Positions 7,512 to 16,391 are shown, counted from the stretch's first letter. The stretch is 19,239 nt of DNA from Fusobacteriota bacterium (GCA_051746725.1 JBNJFI010000036.1:1-19239), one strand, 5' to 3'. A program made the numbers and translations. The notes: a model not told the origin generated them from the sequence alone.

Positions 7512-9809
7512 ATGAAAAAAAAGATCAATAAGAAAAAGCTTACTAAGAAGAAAAAGAAGATAAGTTTTAAACCTAATTTGAGGTTAAAGTTAGTTATGAT
7601 GAATACAGTGATAGTTTTATCATTGCTTACAATAGTTACATTGGTTGCTTTGAAGGTGGCTGAAGATAAAATTGAAAATATATCTAAGCAAGTTGAAAAT
7701 AGTGCAAAAGAATCCTTGGAGAATACACTGAGTAAAAATTCAGAAGTATCAGTAAAGATATTAGAAGATAAAAAAGAGACTCTTTTAAGAGATGCATCAA
7801 TATTAGGAAATACTGATGATGTAATTATAAATGTGGATTTTGGGTACGCCAAATCTAAAGGAGATTTGAAAGAAAGTTATTTTGAAGATGATGGTAGTGG
7901 TAAATTAAATTTAAAATATAACAAAAATGCAAGTATATTAACTTATATTAAATTAGTTAATAATTTAAAGACAAAATTATATGGAGGAAGAGGGGCTCCT
8001 CAACAGATTGAAATAGTAGATAGAACAGGAAAAGTCCGAGCTAAAACTCGAGGCTTAAAATCTTCTTTTGGAGAAAAAAATAATTCTGAAAAAGTTAAGC
8101 AAATATTAAATTCTGCAGGTGGTTTAGAAATGACAGATGTTATTTCAACAGAAGATGGTTTAGCAATTAAGGCTTATGGACAAATTAATAAAAATTCAAA
8201 TGAGTCAAATCAACCTGGAATAGTAATAGTTACATTGCCTTTAGATACAGATTTTGCAAGAGAGCTAAAAAAGATGACAAATGCAGAAACAATTATATAT
8301 AATGAAGATAAATATATGACAGGATCTATATATAACACCGATGGAAAAACAATGGAATTACAAAACAAACCGGAAATTTATGAAAAGATTAAATCTGGAG
8401 AAACAGAAATATACGTTGATGAAACACTTAATTTAGGAAAAAAAGAAAATAGAGAAACTGGAGAGATGGAAGAGGTAGTAGAAAATTATCGGTTTACCTA
8501 TGCTCCAATAAAAAATTATTTAGGTAAAACAATAGGTATGATAGGAACTGGAGCTCAAACAGATGAGCTTATGAATAGAGTACAAGAGGTTAAAGCTCAG
8601 AAACAAGCAGTTATAAAAGAGATAGTTTTAAGATTGACAATAGTAGCAGTAGTGGGAATTATAATTGGAATAATTTTAATTGCTTTATTTGCAACTCAAA
8701 TAACAAAATCTATAGGAAAAGTTTTATCTGTAATCAAAAAAGTTGCCAATAAAGACTTGACTACTAAAACTGATATAAATCGAAATGATGAAATTGGAGA
8801 GTTAGGGGAAAATATAAATGTCATGGTAGATAATTTAAGTATGTTGGTAAATGAAATATCTAGAGCAAGTGATGTTGTAGCTTCATCTTCTACTGAGATA
8901 TCCGCTTCATCTGAAAGTACAAAAGACTCCATGGGGAAAATTGTGGAAGTATCTAATGAAATAAATGAAAAATCTAGAAGCGAATTAGATAAGGTTGAAG
9001 ATGCAGTAGAACATATAACTCATATAAATTCTGGAATATCTGAAATAGCAAATTATTCTGAATCAGTAACTCAAGGATCTCAAGATTCAGTGACAATTGC
9101 AAAACAAGGTGGAAAATATGTTAAAGATACTGTTGAATCAATAAAGAGTATAAAAAGTACAGTTTTAGATACTTCTGGAATAGTAGATATATTAAATGAA
9201 AAAACTTCAGTAATTGATGAAGTGGTATCAGTTATTACTGGAATCGCTGAACAAACCAATCTTTTAGCCTTAAATGCAGCCATTGAAGCAGCTCGAGCTG
9301 GAGAAGCTGGAAAAGGTTTTGCTGTAGTAGCAAATGAGGTAAAGAAATTAGCTAGTAAATCTGGAGAAGCAGCAGAAGAGATTCGAAAAATAATAATAGG
9401 TATTCAAGAAGAAGCAAATAACGTAAATAGTAGTATGGAAAAAGGAATTGAAGAGGTTCAAAAAGGTGAAGAGATAGTTAGAAAAGCTGGAGATGCTTTG
9501 GAAAGAATAATTGAAGCAGTAACAGAAACAACTGACAAAGTAACTGAAATAACAGCATCTACAGAAGAGCAAACAGCAAGTTCTAATGAAACAATGAATG
9601 TTATAGAGGAAATTTCGGCAGCTTCTAATCAAACAAGCAAAATAGCTAAACATATTTCTCAGGAAGCTCAAGATAGATTAGAAGGAATGGAAGAAATAGT
9701 AGATGGAGTAAATGACTTAGCGACTAGTGCATCTGAGTTAAATGAATTGGTAGCAGAGTTTAAAACCAAAAAAGAGTTTAGCTCTAAAAGGATAAGAGAG
9801 AAAAAATAA
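7512..9809 (+). CDS. Methyl-accepting chemotaxis protein (2 TM helices, extracytoplasmic Cache-like sensor, HAMP, signalling domain)
   Basis: TM1 at ~aa 27-48 and TM2 at ~aa 375-395. HAMP segment [28 protein letters not shown]. Signalling hairpin [46 protein letters not shown]. Confidence 0.95.
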   Translation: MKKKINKKKLTKKKKKISFKPNLRLKLVMMNTVIVLSLLTIVTLVALKVAEDKIENISKQVENSAKESLENTLSKNSEVSVKILEDKKETLLRDASILGNTDDVIINVDFGYAKSKGDLKESYFEDDGSGKLNLKYNKNASILTYIKLVNNLKTKLYGGRGAPQQIEIVDRTGKVRAKTRGLKSSFGEKNNSEKVKQILNSAGGLEMTDVISTEDGLAIKAYGQINKNSNESNQPGIVIVTLPLDTDFARELKKMTNAETIIYNEDKYMTGSIYNTDGKTMELQNKPEIYEKIKSGETEIYVDETLNLGKKENRETGEMEEVVENYRFTYAPIKNYLGKTIGMIGTGAQTDELMNRVQEVKAQKQAVIKEIVLRLTIVAVVGIIIGIILIALFATQITKSIGKVLSVIKKVANKDLTTKTDINRNDEIGELGENINVMVDNLSMLVNEISRASDVVASSSTEISASSESTKDSMGKIVEVSNEINEKSRSELDKVEDAVEHITHINSGISEIANYSESVTQGSQDSVTIAKQGGKYVKDTVESIKSIKSTVLDTSGIVDILNEKTSVIDEVVSVITGIAEQTNLLALNAAIEAARAGEAGKGFAVVANEVKKLASKSGEAAEEIRKIIIGIQEEANNVNSSMEKGIEEVQKGEEIVRKAGDALERIIEAVTETTDKVTEITASTEEQTASSNETMNVIEEISAASNQTSKIAKHISQEAQDRLEGMEEIVDGVNDLATSASELNELVAEFKTKKEFSSKRIREKK

Positions 9810-9838
9810 ATAATAAAAAATAAATAATGAAATAATAC

Positions 9839-9880
9839 AAAAAGGGAGAAAAGATTTATAAATCTTTTCTCCCTTTTTTG
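9839..9880. terminator. Intrinsic terminator after the MCP gene (perfect 40-bp palindrome)
   Basis: AAAAAGGGAGAAAAGATTTA|TAAATCTTTTCTCCCTTTTT (9839-9878), ending in a T-run. Confidence 0.85.
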
Positions 9881-9891
9881 CATATAAATAT

Positions 9892-9932
9892 TTGACTTTT
9901 CCTCGCAGATATATTATAATATTATAAGATAT
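9892..9932 (+). promoter_or_regulatory. Sigma70-type promoter of arsR-trxB, overlapped by a candidate ArsR operator
   Basis: TTGACT (9892-9897), 17-bp spacer, TATAAT (9915-9920). Near-perfect 24-bp inverted repeat ATATATTATAATATTATAAGATAT at 9909-9932. Confidence 0.75.
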
Positions 9933-9949
9933 TATACAAGGAGGAAATA

Positions 9950-10234
9950 ATGAGAGTAGATAGAGCTGTTTTAGTATTAAAAATGATGGGAAATCCAATA
10001 CGTTTAAAAATTTTAGAGGTGCTGGCAAAAAAGAAGAAAGAAGTTTGTGTAAGTGGAATAGAAGAATTAATAGGAGTATCTCAGTCTAGTGTTAGTCAAC
10101 ATTTAGCTCATTTGAGAAATAGTGGAATATTAACATCTGAAAAGAAAGGCAAAAAAGTTTGTTATAATATAATAGATGACACTGTACGGGATATTTTGAA
10201 CTCTTTAGACTTAGAGGATATTAAAGAAAATTAA
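9950..10234 (+). CDS. ArsR/SmtB-family transcriptional regulator
   Basis: LKMMGNPIRLKIL, EVCVSGI, and HTH VSQSSVSQHLAHLRNSGIL followed by the wing KGKKVCY. RBS AGGAGG. Confidence 0.92.
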   Translation: MRVDRAVLVLKMMGNPIRLKILEVLAKKKKEVCVSGIEELIGVSQSSVSQHLAHLRNSGILTSEKKGKKVCYNIIDDTVRDILNSLDLEDIKEN

Positions 10235-10244
10235 AAGGGGTGAA

Positions 10245-11183
10245 ATGATGGAAAATAAAGTGTATGATGTAGTTATAGTAGGAGCAGGGCCAGCTGGATT
10301 ATCAGCAGCTTTATACACATCTAGAGCTAATTTATCAGTATTGGTTTTAGAAAAAGAAGGTCAAGGAGCTCTTTTAAGCGCTCATAAAATCGCAAATTAT
10401 CCAGGGGCAAAAGATAATCCTTCTGGAAAAGAACTTTATAATAGGATGAAAGATCACGCCAAACAACATGGAGCAGAATTTGTTGATGCAACTTTTTTGG
10501 AATTAGAAACTATGGAATCTCCTAAAGTTGTAAAGACCAGCGTTGATATATATAAGGCAGAGTCTGTTATAATTGCTACAGGATTTTCTAAAAGCAAGGA
10601 GCAAAAGCTTCCAGGTGAAGATGAATTTATAGGGAAAGGTGTATCTTATTGTGCCACATGCGATGGAGCATTTTTTAAAGGGATGGATGTATCAGTATTT
10701 GGAAATGGAGAAGAGGCACTAGAAGAAGCTCTATTTTTAACAAAACATGTTAAAAAAGTTTACTTTTTTGTTAATGATGAAAAGTTAATAGGAGATAGTG
10801 AATTAATAAATTCTTTAAAAGAAAAAGATAATATAGAAATTTTATATAACCATGAATTAAAAGAAATATCTGGAGGGGATTTTGTAGAAAAAGTAGAGGT
10901 CATAAATGATTCTGGAGACAATATTACTTATGATGTAGCTGCAGTTTTTTTATACCTTGGAACAAAATCAAATACTCAGTTATTTTCTACTTTTGCTAAT
11001 TTAAACGAACAAGGAAGAATAGAAACAAAGGAAAATATGCAAACCTTAGTTGATGGAGTATATGCAGCAGGGGACGTCCGAGCTAAACCTTTAATGCAAG
11101 TGGTTACAGCGGCTTCAGATGGAGCTATAGCTGCTACAGAAGTCATAAAACATGTTATGAAACAGAAAAAAAATAAAAAATAA
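10245..11183 (+). CDS. trxB: Thioredoxin-disulfide reductase (NAD(P)/FAD-dependent)
   Basis: FAD motif GAGPAGLSAA, redox motif GVSYCATCDGAFF, C-terminal GVYAAGDV...QVVTAASDG. Confidence 0.9.
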   Translation: MMENKVYDVVIVGAGPAGLSAALYTSRANLSVLVLEKEGQGALLSAHKIANYPGAKDNPSGKELYNRMKDHAKQHGAEFVDATFLELETMESPKVVKTSVDIYKAESVIIATGFSKSKEQKLPGEDEFIGKGVSYCATCDGAFFKGMDVSVFGNGEEALEEALFLTKHVKKVYFFVNDEKLIGDSELINSLKEKDNIEILYNHELKEISGGDFVEKVEVINDSGDNITYDVAAVFLYLGTKSNTQLFSTFANLNEQGRIETKENMQTLVDGVYAAGDVRAKPLMQVVTAASDGAIAATEVIKHVMKQKKNKK

Positions 11184-11189
11184 AAACTT

Positions 11190-11225
11190 AAAGAGGAGAT
11201 TACCAGACGGCAATCTCCTCTTTTT
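11190..11225. terminator. Bidirectional intrinsic terminator between convergent trxB and the sigma gene
   Basis: AAAGAGGAGATTACC-agac-GGCAATCTCCTCTTT(TT), with one internal mismatch. Confidence 0.85.
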
Positions 11226-11238
11226 ATAATAAATGATA

Positions 11239-12036
11239 TTAAAATTTCCTTCTTTGAATTTTTCTCTGTAACTTAGTAATTGCCATATTTTGTATCTGTC
11301 TGATTCTCTCCCGGGTTAAACCAACTTGTCCTCCTATTTCCTCTAGAGTCAGCTTAGGAGCTCCAAAAAGTCCATATCTTTCTATAATGACTTTTTTTTC
11401 TGTATCCTCTAATCGATTAACTAAATCAGCAAGAACAGAATTTTTGTGCTTAGCAAATAATTGCTCTTCTAAAATTTCTTCATCTGGTATAATATTATGT
11501 AAATTGAGATTATTTCCATATGTAGCTTCCAAAGATACTGCAGAAGAATTTATTAATTTTAGAGATTTTTTTACTTGATTTAATCTCATATCTAAATCTT
11601 CAGAAATTTTTTCTGGGGAAGGCTTTTTACAATTTTCTTTTTTGACCTTACGTAAATATTTTTTTATCTTTGATATATTATCATGTACGTAAGCAGGATA
11701 CCGCATAATTCCCTTTGTGCTAGTTAAAAATCTTAATATAGACTGTCTAATCCACCAAGTAGCATAGGTACTGAATCGGATATCTTTAGTAGGGTCAAAT
11801 TTGTTAACAGCTTTCATTAATCCGATATTTCCCTCTTGGATTAGATCTAGAAAACTAACTCCGTGTGAGTTGTACTTTTTTGCAATACTAACAACTAACC
11901 TCAAATTTGAATTAATTAATTTGTTGTGGGCTTCTGTATCCCCATCCAGGTTTCTTTTGGATAATTCGATTTCCTCTTCTTTAGTCAGTAACGGATAATT
12001 GCTAATATTCTTTAAATACTCAGAAATATTGCTCAT
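11239..12036 (-). CDS. RpoD/SigA-family sigma factor lacking region 1.1 (group-2-like)
   Basis: Region 1.2 [19 protein letters not shown]. Region 2 [12 protein letters not shown]...[18 protein letters not shown]...[12 protein letters not shown]. Region 4 [19 protein letters not shown]. 265 aa; RBS GGAGGG. Confidence 0.92.
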   Translation of the reverse strand: MSNISEYLKNISNYPLLTKEEEIELSKRNLDGDTEAHNKLINSNLRLVVSIAKKYNSHGVSFLDLIQEGNIGLMKAVNKFDPTKDIRFSTYATWWIRQSILRFLTSTKGIMRYPAYVHDNISKIKKYLRKVKKENCKKPSPEKISEDLDMRLNQVKKSLKLINSSAVSLEATYGNNLNLHNIIPDEEILEEQLFAKHKNSVLADLVNRLEDTEKKVIIERYGLFGAPKLTLEEIGGQVGLTRERIRQIQNMAITKLQRKIQRRKF

Positions 12037-12234
12037 AAAATCCCCTCCATATATTATATTTTATTATCGTCAATTATTTTTTAATATATTTCCTTGCTAT
12101 ATATGTTATACTGGACAAATTTAAATTTCCTTTAAATTTTTTTATTTTTTTTTTAAGAAAAGATATCTAAAAAAAGATTATAAAATTAATATTAACACTG
12201 ATTTTCTTTTTTGCTAGAAATTTTCCCTTATTTA

Positions 12235-12243
12235 TGGTAAAAT
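12235..12243 (+). promoter_or_regulatory. Possible extended -10 promoter for the ruvC gene run
   Basis: TG-G-TAAAAT at 12235-12243, with TAGAAA 17 bp upstream of the hexamer (12215-12220). The AT-rich background limits certainty. Confidence 0.4.
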
Positions 12244-12333
12244 TAAGTATGAATAGATGTCAACTTTATCAAAGTGCTAGAATGGAATTATTTCTATTCT
12301 AAAAATTAGTTTAAAAACAAAAAGGATAAAATT

Positions 12334-12906
12334 ATGAAAGTACTGGGAATAGATCCAGGAACAGCAAGAGTTGGATATGGTTTAATAGATTATAATGAAA
12401 ATAAGTATAGGATGTTAGATTATGGGTGTATCTATACTTCGAAGGATATAGAGATGCCAAAACGACTAAATAAGATACACCAAGAATTAAAAACATTAAT
12501 TAAACTATATGATCCAGATTATATAGCAGTGGAGAAACTTTTTTATTTTAAGAATAAAAAGACTGTTATTTCTGTAGGTCAAGCTAGAGGTGTTATAGTT
12601 TTGACATGTGAACAAGCAAAAAAGCCTATAACAGGTTATACACCGTTACAAATTAAGATGGGGATTACTGGATATGGTAGAGCAAAGAAAAAGCAGGTAC
12701 AATTAATGGTAAAAAAGATTTTGAAATTAAAAGAATTACCAAAGCCTGATGATGCTGCTGATGGCTTGGCTATAGCTATAACCCATATAAATACTTTAAC
12801 AAATAGTTTATCTGGAATATCAACAGGAAGTTTTAGAGATATAGACACAAAAAAGGTTAAGGGTAACAAGATTTCTTTGGAAGATTATAAAAAATTAATG
12901 AAGTAA
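12334..12906 (+). CDS. ruvC: Holliday junction resolvase RuvC
   Basis: VLGIDPG, AVEKLFY, QARGV, YTPLQIK, KPDDAADGLAIA (catalytic acidic residues present). Confidence 0.97.
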   Translation: MKVLGIDPGTARVGYGLIDYNENKYRMLDYGCIYTSKDIEMPKRLNKIHQELKTLIKLYDPDYIAVEKLFYFKNKKTVISVGQARGVIVLTCEQAKKPITGYTPLQIKMGITGYGRAKKKQVQLMVKKILKLKELPKPDDAADGLAIAITHINTLTNSLSGISTGSFRDIDTKKVKGNKISLEDYKKLMK

Positions 12907-12927
12907 ATAAAAACAGAGGATAAAGAG

Positions 12928-13305
12928 GTGGATTTAGTGGAAGAGAGTTTGAATGTTTTTTATAAAGGAGAATTAATATATATAAGTGAGAAAAAATGGT
13001 TGCATCCGTTAATTGATTTAGAAAATTATTTGAAAGAAAACGATAATATTAAAAGAGAGAATCTATATATAAAAGATAAAATTATAGGTAGAGCAGCAGC
13101 TTTTTTGTTAGTGAAGTTAGGAGTTAAAAAAGTTGATACTGAGGTAATAAGTGAACTTGGAAAAGATATCTTCGAAAAGTTTAATATCGAATATACATAT
13201 GACGAATTAATAGATAAAATAAATTGTAAAACAGAGAATTTATTAAAAGACATAAATAAAGTGGATAAGGCTTATGAAGTGATTATGGGGAGGGTTGAAA
13301 GGTGA
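12928..13305 (+). CDS. DUF1893 (TM1506-like) family protein
   Basis: 125 aa, GTG start. DKIIGRAAAFL and EVISELG resemble DUF1893 motifs (DKxxGKAAA; xISxxA). Late Cys in INCKTE. Confidence 0.7.
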   Translation: MDLVEESLNVFYKGELIYISEKKWLHPLIDLENYLKENDNIKRENLYIKDKIIGRAAAFLLVKLGVKKVDTEVISELGKDIFEKFNIEYTYDELIDKINCKTENLLKDINKVDKAYEVIMGRVER

Positions 13306-13754
13306 ATATAGTTTTATTAGAACCGGAAATACCTTATAATACAGGAAATATTGGTCGAACTTGTCTTTTGACAAATACGACATTACATCTAATAAAACCT
13401 CTTGGTTTTTCTTTAGATGAAAAGAGTGTTAGACGAGCAGGTTTAGATTATTGGCAAGATGTAGATATAAAATTATATGATTCGATTGAAGAATTATGGG
13501 AGAAATTTCCAGATTCTAATTTTTATTACGCTACTACTAAGACTGATCAAAAATATTCAGACATAAAATATAAAAATAATGATTTTATAATCTTTGGTAA
13601 GGAATCTAAAGGTATTCCAGAAAATATATTAGAAGATAATAAGGAAAACTGTATAACGATTCCTATGATACCTATTGGGAGATCTTTAAATTTGTCAAAT
13701 TCTGCAGCTATAATATTATATGAGGCTTTAAGGCAGGTTAATTTTGAATTTTAG
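13302..13754 (+). CDS. trmL: tRNA (cytidine/uridine-34 2'-O)-methyltransferase, SPOUT family
   Basis: IVLLEPEIPYNTGNIGRTC, RRAGLDYW, FGKESKG, RSLNLSNS. GTGA overlap with the upstream gene. Confidence 0.95.
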   Translation: MNIVLLEPEIPYNTGNIGRTCLLTNTTLHLIKPLGFSLDEKSVRRAGLDYWQDVDIKLYDSIEELWEKFPDSNFYYATTKTDQKYSDIKYKNNDFIIFGKESKGIPENILEDNKENCITIPMIPIGRSLNLSNSAAIILYEALRQVNFEF

Positions 13755-13766
13755 AAGGGAGTAATC

Positions 13767-14258
13767 ATGAAAAAGTTTTTTTTATTTGTATATATATTTA
13801 CTTTTTTTGGATCTTTAGGTTATGCTATTTACACATATGTTCTTCCAGTACATAAAATTAATGTAATTGCCGAAGAAGCTAGGAAAAAGGAAGTGGAGTT
13901 ACCAATAATATTGGCTATTATTAAAGTAGAAAGTAAATTTCAAGAAGATGCAATATCCCATAAAGGTGCCGTTGGAATGATGCAAATAATGCCAAATACA
14001 AGCAAATGGTTAATTGAAGAAAAAGGTGTGGAAATTGGAAATGCAGATCTTTTGGATTATAAAACTAATATTAAACTAGGAATTGCATATTATAAAATTT
14101 TGTATGATTACTTTTATGGCGATAGAGAAAAAATATTGGCTGGTTATAATGCGGGAATATCTAGAGTTGAAGATGGAAGCTGGGAAAGAATAGAGGAAAC
14201 AAGAAATTATGTTGATAAAGTTCTTTTTTATGAAAAAATTTATGATCTTATTTATTAA
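13767..14258 (+). CDS. Membrane-anchored lytic transglycosylase (SLT domain)
   Basis: N-terminal hydrophobic anchor. AIIKVESKF (catalytic Glu), GAVGMMQIMP, AGYNAG, EETRNYVDKV. Confidence 0.92.
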   Translation: MKKFFLFVYIFTFFGSLGYAIYTYVLPVHKINVIAEEARKKEVELPIILAIIKVESKFQEDAISHKGAVGMMQIMPNTSKWLIEEKGVEIGNADLLDYKTNIKLGIAYYKILYDYFYGDREKILAGYNAGISRVEDGSWERIEETRNYVDKVLFYEKIYDLIY

Positions 14259-14282
14259 TGAGGTTAAGATTTAGGAGGGGTT

Positions 14283-14540
14283 ATGGAAAAGAGATTAGCA
14301 ACGCTTTCTATATTTATAAATAAAAAGAACAAAATAGATGAAATCAGAAAAATAATAGGTGAGTTTAGTGATATTATCATTTCTAGGCTTGGAATGCCAT
14401 ATAAAGTTAAAGGTATTTCTGTAATAGTATTAATAATAGATGGTACAAATGATGATATAGGATCATTATCAGGTAAGTTAGGTAATGTTCAAGGAGCGCA
14501 CGTAAAAACAGCTATGCCTTCAGCTAAAATTTTAAATTAA
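14283..14540 (+). CDS. TM1266-family putative iron-only hydrogenase system regulator (ACT/NikR_C-like fold)
   Basis: 85 aa. IISRLGMPY...ISVIVLIIDG...IGSLSGKLGNV.G..VKT matches the family pattern, and the gene lies just upstream of hydG. Confidence 0.85.
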   Translation: MEKRLATLSIFINKKNKIDEIRKIIGEFSDIIISRLGMPYKVKGISVIVLIIDGTNDDIGSLSGKLGNVQGAHVKTAMPSAKILN

Positions 14541-14575
14541 TAAAAAACTACTAATTACGAGGAGAGATCTGAGTA

Positions 14576-14670
14576 AAAGGGGTTAAAACAGAATATAGAA
14601 CTGAGACTAAGGGGAATCCTGAGGTTTAGGTGAAAATTAGAGCTTAATTGGGCTATGTTTTAACTCTTTT
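14576..14670 (+). other. Candidate structured RNA element in the hydG leader (unassigned family)
   Basis: 15-bp closing stem 14576-14590 / 14656-14670 with two G-U pairs. It encloses the hairpins AGG-ggaat-CCT and AGCTT-aatt-GGGCT. Confidence 0.45.
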
Positions 14671-14701
14671 CTTTAGTAAAAAATTAAAGAGGAGAGATAT
14701 G

Positions 14702-16117
14702 ATGAAAACTTGGAAAAATGAGATCAAAAAAGAGAGTTTTATTAAACCAGAACTTTTGGAAAAATTATTAGATGAAAAGAAAAAGCCTGCCCAAGAGGAG
14801 TTTGATGCTGTAATTAAGAAAGCAAAAAAGGGGACAAGGTTGGAGTTAGAAGAGGTAGCAATACTTTTGAATTCTCCAGGTAAAAATAGGGTAAAAAAAA
14901 TATTTGAAACAGCAAAAGATATAAAGGAAAGAGTATATGGACATCGTGTGGTATTATTTGCTCCACTTTATATTGGGAATAAGTGCATGAATAATTGTAC
15001 TTATTGTGGATTTAAAGCTGAAAATCTAGATACTGTTAGAAAGACTCTGACTATGAAGGAAATAGAAGAGGAAGCTTCGGCTTTAGAAGATGAGGGGCAT
15101 AAAAGACTTATCATGGTTTATGGAACTCATCCAGATTATACTGCTGATTTTATAGCAGATACTGTTAAGAAGGTTTATGAAGTCAAAAAAGGTAAAGGCG
15201 AGATAAGACGTGTTAATATAAATGCATCTCCAATGGATGTAGAAGATTATAAGAAAGTTAAAGATGCAGGGATTGGGACATATCAAATATTTCAAGAGAC
15301 TTATCATCCTGAAACATATGCCAGGGTTCATCCTAGTGGAGAAAAGTCAAAATTTAAATGGAGATTATTTGGTTTAGATAGAGCTATGGAAGCAGGAATA
15401 GATGATGTTGGAATAGGTGCTTTATTTGGGTTATATGATTGGAAATACGAAGTTATGGGCCTTATGCAACATGTTATACATCTAGAAGATGAATTTGGAG
15501 TTGGTCCACATACGATATCCTTTCCTAGATTAAATGCCGCTAATGGAGCTGTTAGAGATGAAAAATTTGTAGTTAAAGATGATGAGTTAAAGCGAATAAT
15601 TGCAATACTCAGATTGGCAGTTCCTTACACAGGATTAATACTGACAGCTAGAGAAAATGCAAAACTTAGAAAAGAATGTATGGAATTAGGTGTATCTCAA
15701 ATAGATGCAGGTACAAAAATAGAGTTAAAAGGATATTCTAAAGCAAAAGAAGAGCAAGATCTCAAAAAAGAGCAATTTAAGATAGGTGATACAAGGGAGT
15801 TAGATGAAACAATAAAAGAACTAATGCAGGATGGTTTTACTCCATCCTTTTGTACAGCTTGTTATAGATTGGGTAGGACAGGAGAACACTTTATGGAGTT
15901 TTCTAAACCAGGATTTATACATAAGTTTTGTACGCCAAACGCAATATTAACAATGGCAGAATATTTAGAAGATTATTCATCTGACGAGACAAAAAAGATA
16001 GGGTATGAATTAATAGATGAAGAATTAAAAACTGCTAGATTAAGCGATGAAGCTAAAAAAACTTTAAGTGAAAAATTAGAGAGGGTAAAGGATGGAAAAA
16101 GAGATCTCTATTATTAA
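14702..16117 (+). CDS. hydG: [FeFe]-hydrogenase H-cluster radical SAM maturase HydG
   Basis: Radical SAM motif CMNNCTYC, GVGPHTISFPRL, and C-terminal CTAC-x22-C auxiliary cluster motif (absent from ThiH). Start moved from 14648 to ATG 14702 (or 14699), downstream of RBS GAGGAG at 14689-14694. Confidence 0.95.
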   Translation: MKTWKNEIKKESFIKPELLEKLLDEKKKPAQEEFDAVIKKAKKGTRLELEEVAILLNSPGKNRVKKIFETAKDIKERVYGHRVVLFAPLYIGNKCMNNCTYCGFKAENLDTVRKTLTMKEIEEEASALEDEGHKRLIMVYGTHPDYTADFIADTVKKVYEVKKGKGEIRRVNINASPMDVEDYKKVKDAGIGTYQIFQETYHPETYARVHPSGEKSKFKWRLFGLDRAMEAGIDDVGIGALFGLYDWKYEVMGLMQHVIHLEDEFGVGPHTISFPRLNAANGAVRDEKFVVKDDELKRIIAILRLAVPYTGLILTARENAKLRKECMELGVSQIDAGTKIELKGYSKAKEEQDLKKEQFKIGDTRELDETIKELMQDGFTPSFCTACYRLGRTGEHFMEFSKPGFIHKFCTPNAILTMAEYLEDYSSDETKKIGYELIDEELKTARLSDEAKKTLSEKLERVKDGKRDLYY

Positions 16118-16370
16118 GGATAAAATAAATCAATTTATAGATTGCGAGAAGAGTAAAATCAATTTTGCAAAAAAGTTTGGAAAGAGAAACGAGAGTGTTT
16201 TTGTTATAGGAAAGACTCGATATATGGAGTCTGTTGTGATATATGAGGATTCTGATTATATAGTTTTAGGTGAGAATATTGAGAACAAAAAAGAAATAAA
16301 AGATATAATAAAAAAAGAATTAAAAAAAATAAAAAGAATAAAAAATAAAAATATAAATCAGGCATTATAA
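16092..16370 (+). CDS. Small Lys-rich hypothetical protein overlapping the hydG 3' end
   Basis: 92-aa ORF with a purine-rich RBS-like stretch (GAGAGGGTAAAGG) upstream. It overlaps hydG by 26 bp and ends inside the following terminator hairpin. Confidence 0.55.
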   Translation: MEKEISIIKDKINQFIDCEKSKINFAKKFGKRNESVFVIGKTRYMESVVIYEDSDYIVLGENIENKKEIKDIIKKELKKIKRIKNKNINQAL

Positions 16371-16391
16371 TAAGTGCCTGATTTATATTTT
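16348..16391 (+). terminator. Intrinsic terminator-like hairpin after hydG and the small ORF
   Basis: 17-bp arms AAAATATAAATCAGGCA (16348-16364) and TGCCTGATTTATATTTT (16375-16391). Confidence 0.75.

Noticed and set aside
14555..14650. Known riboswitch in the hydG leader: glycine (GAGGAGAGAT), TPP (AGGGG…CTGAGA) or cobalamin (GGGAA…GGTGAAAAT)
   Set aside because: Only isolated words match. The required cores are missing (CCGAAG and CTYTCAGG for glycine; ACCTGA and AGCGTAGGGAA for TPP; GCCCCC-GCNACTGT and the B12 box for cobalamin).
14648..14701. ORF-track start of hydG at TTG 14648 (489 aa)
   Set aside because: It has no RBS and lies within the stem structure. A strong GAGGAG precedes ATG 14699/14702.
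14702..16117. ThiH (thiazole biosynthesis) instead of HydG
   Set aside because: The C-terminal CxxC-x22-C extension, the length of ~470 aa and the hydF/TM1266 neighbours indicate HydG.
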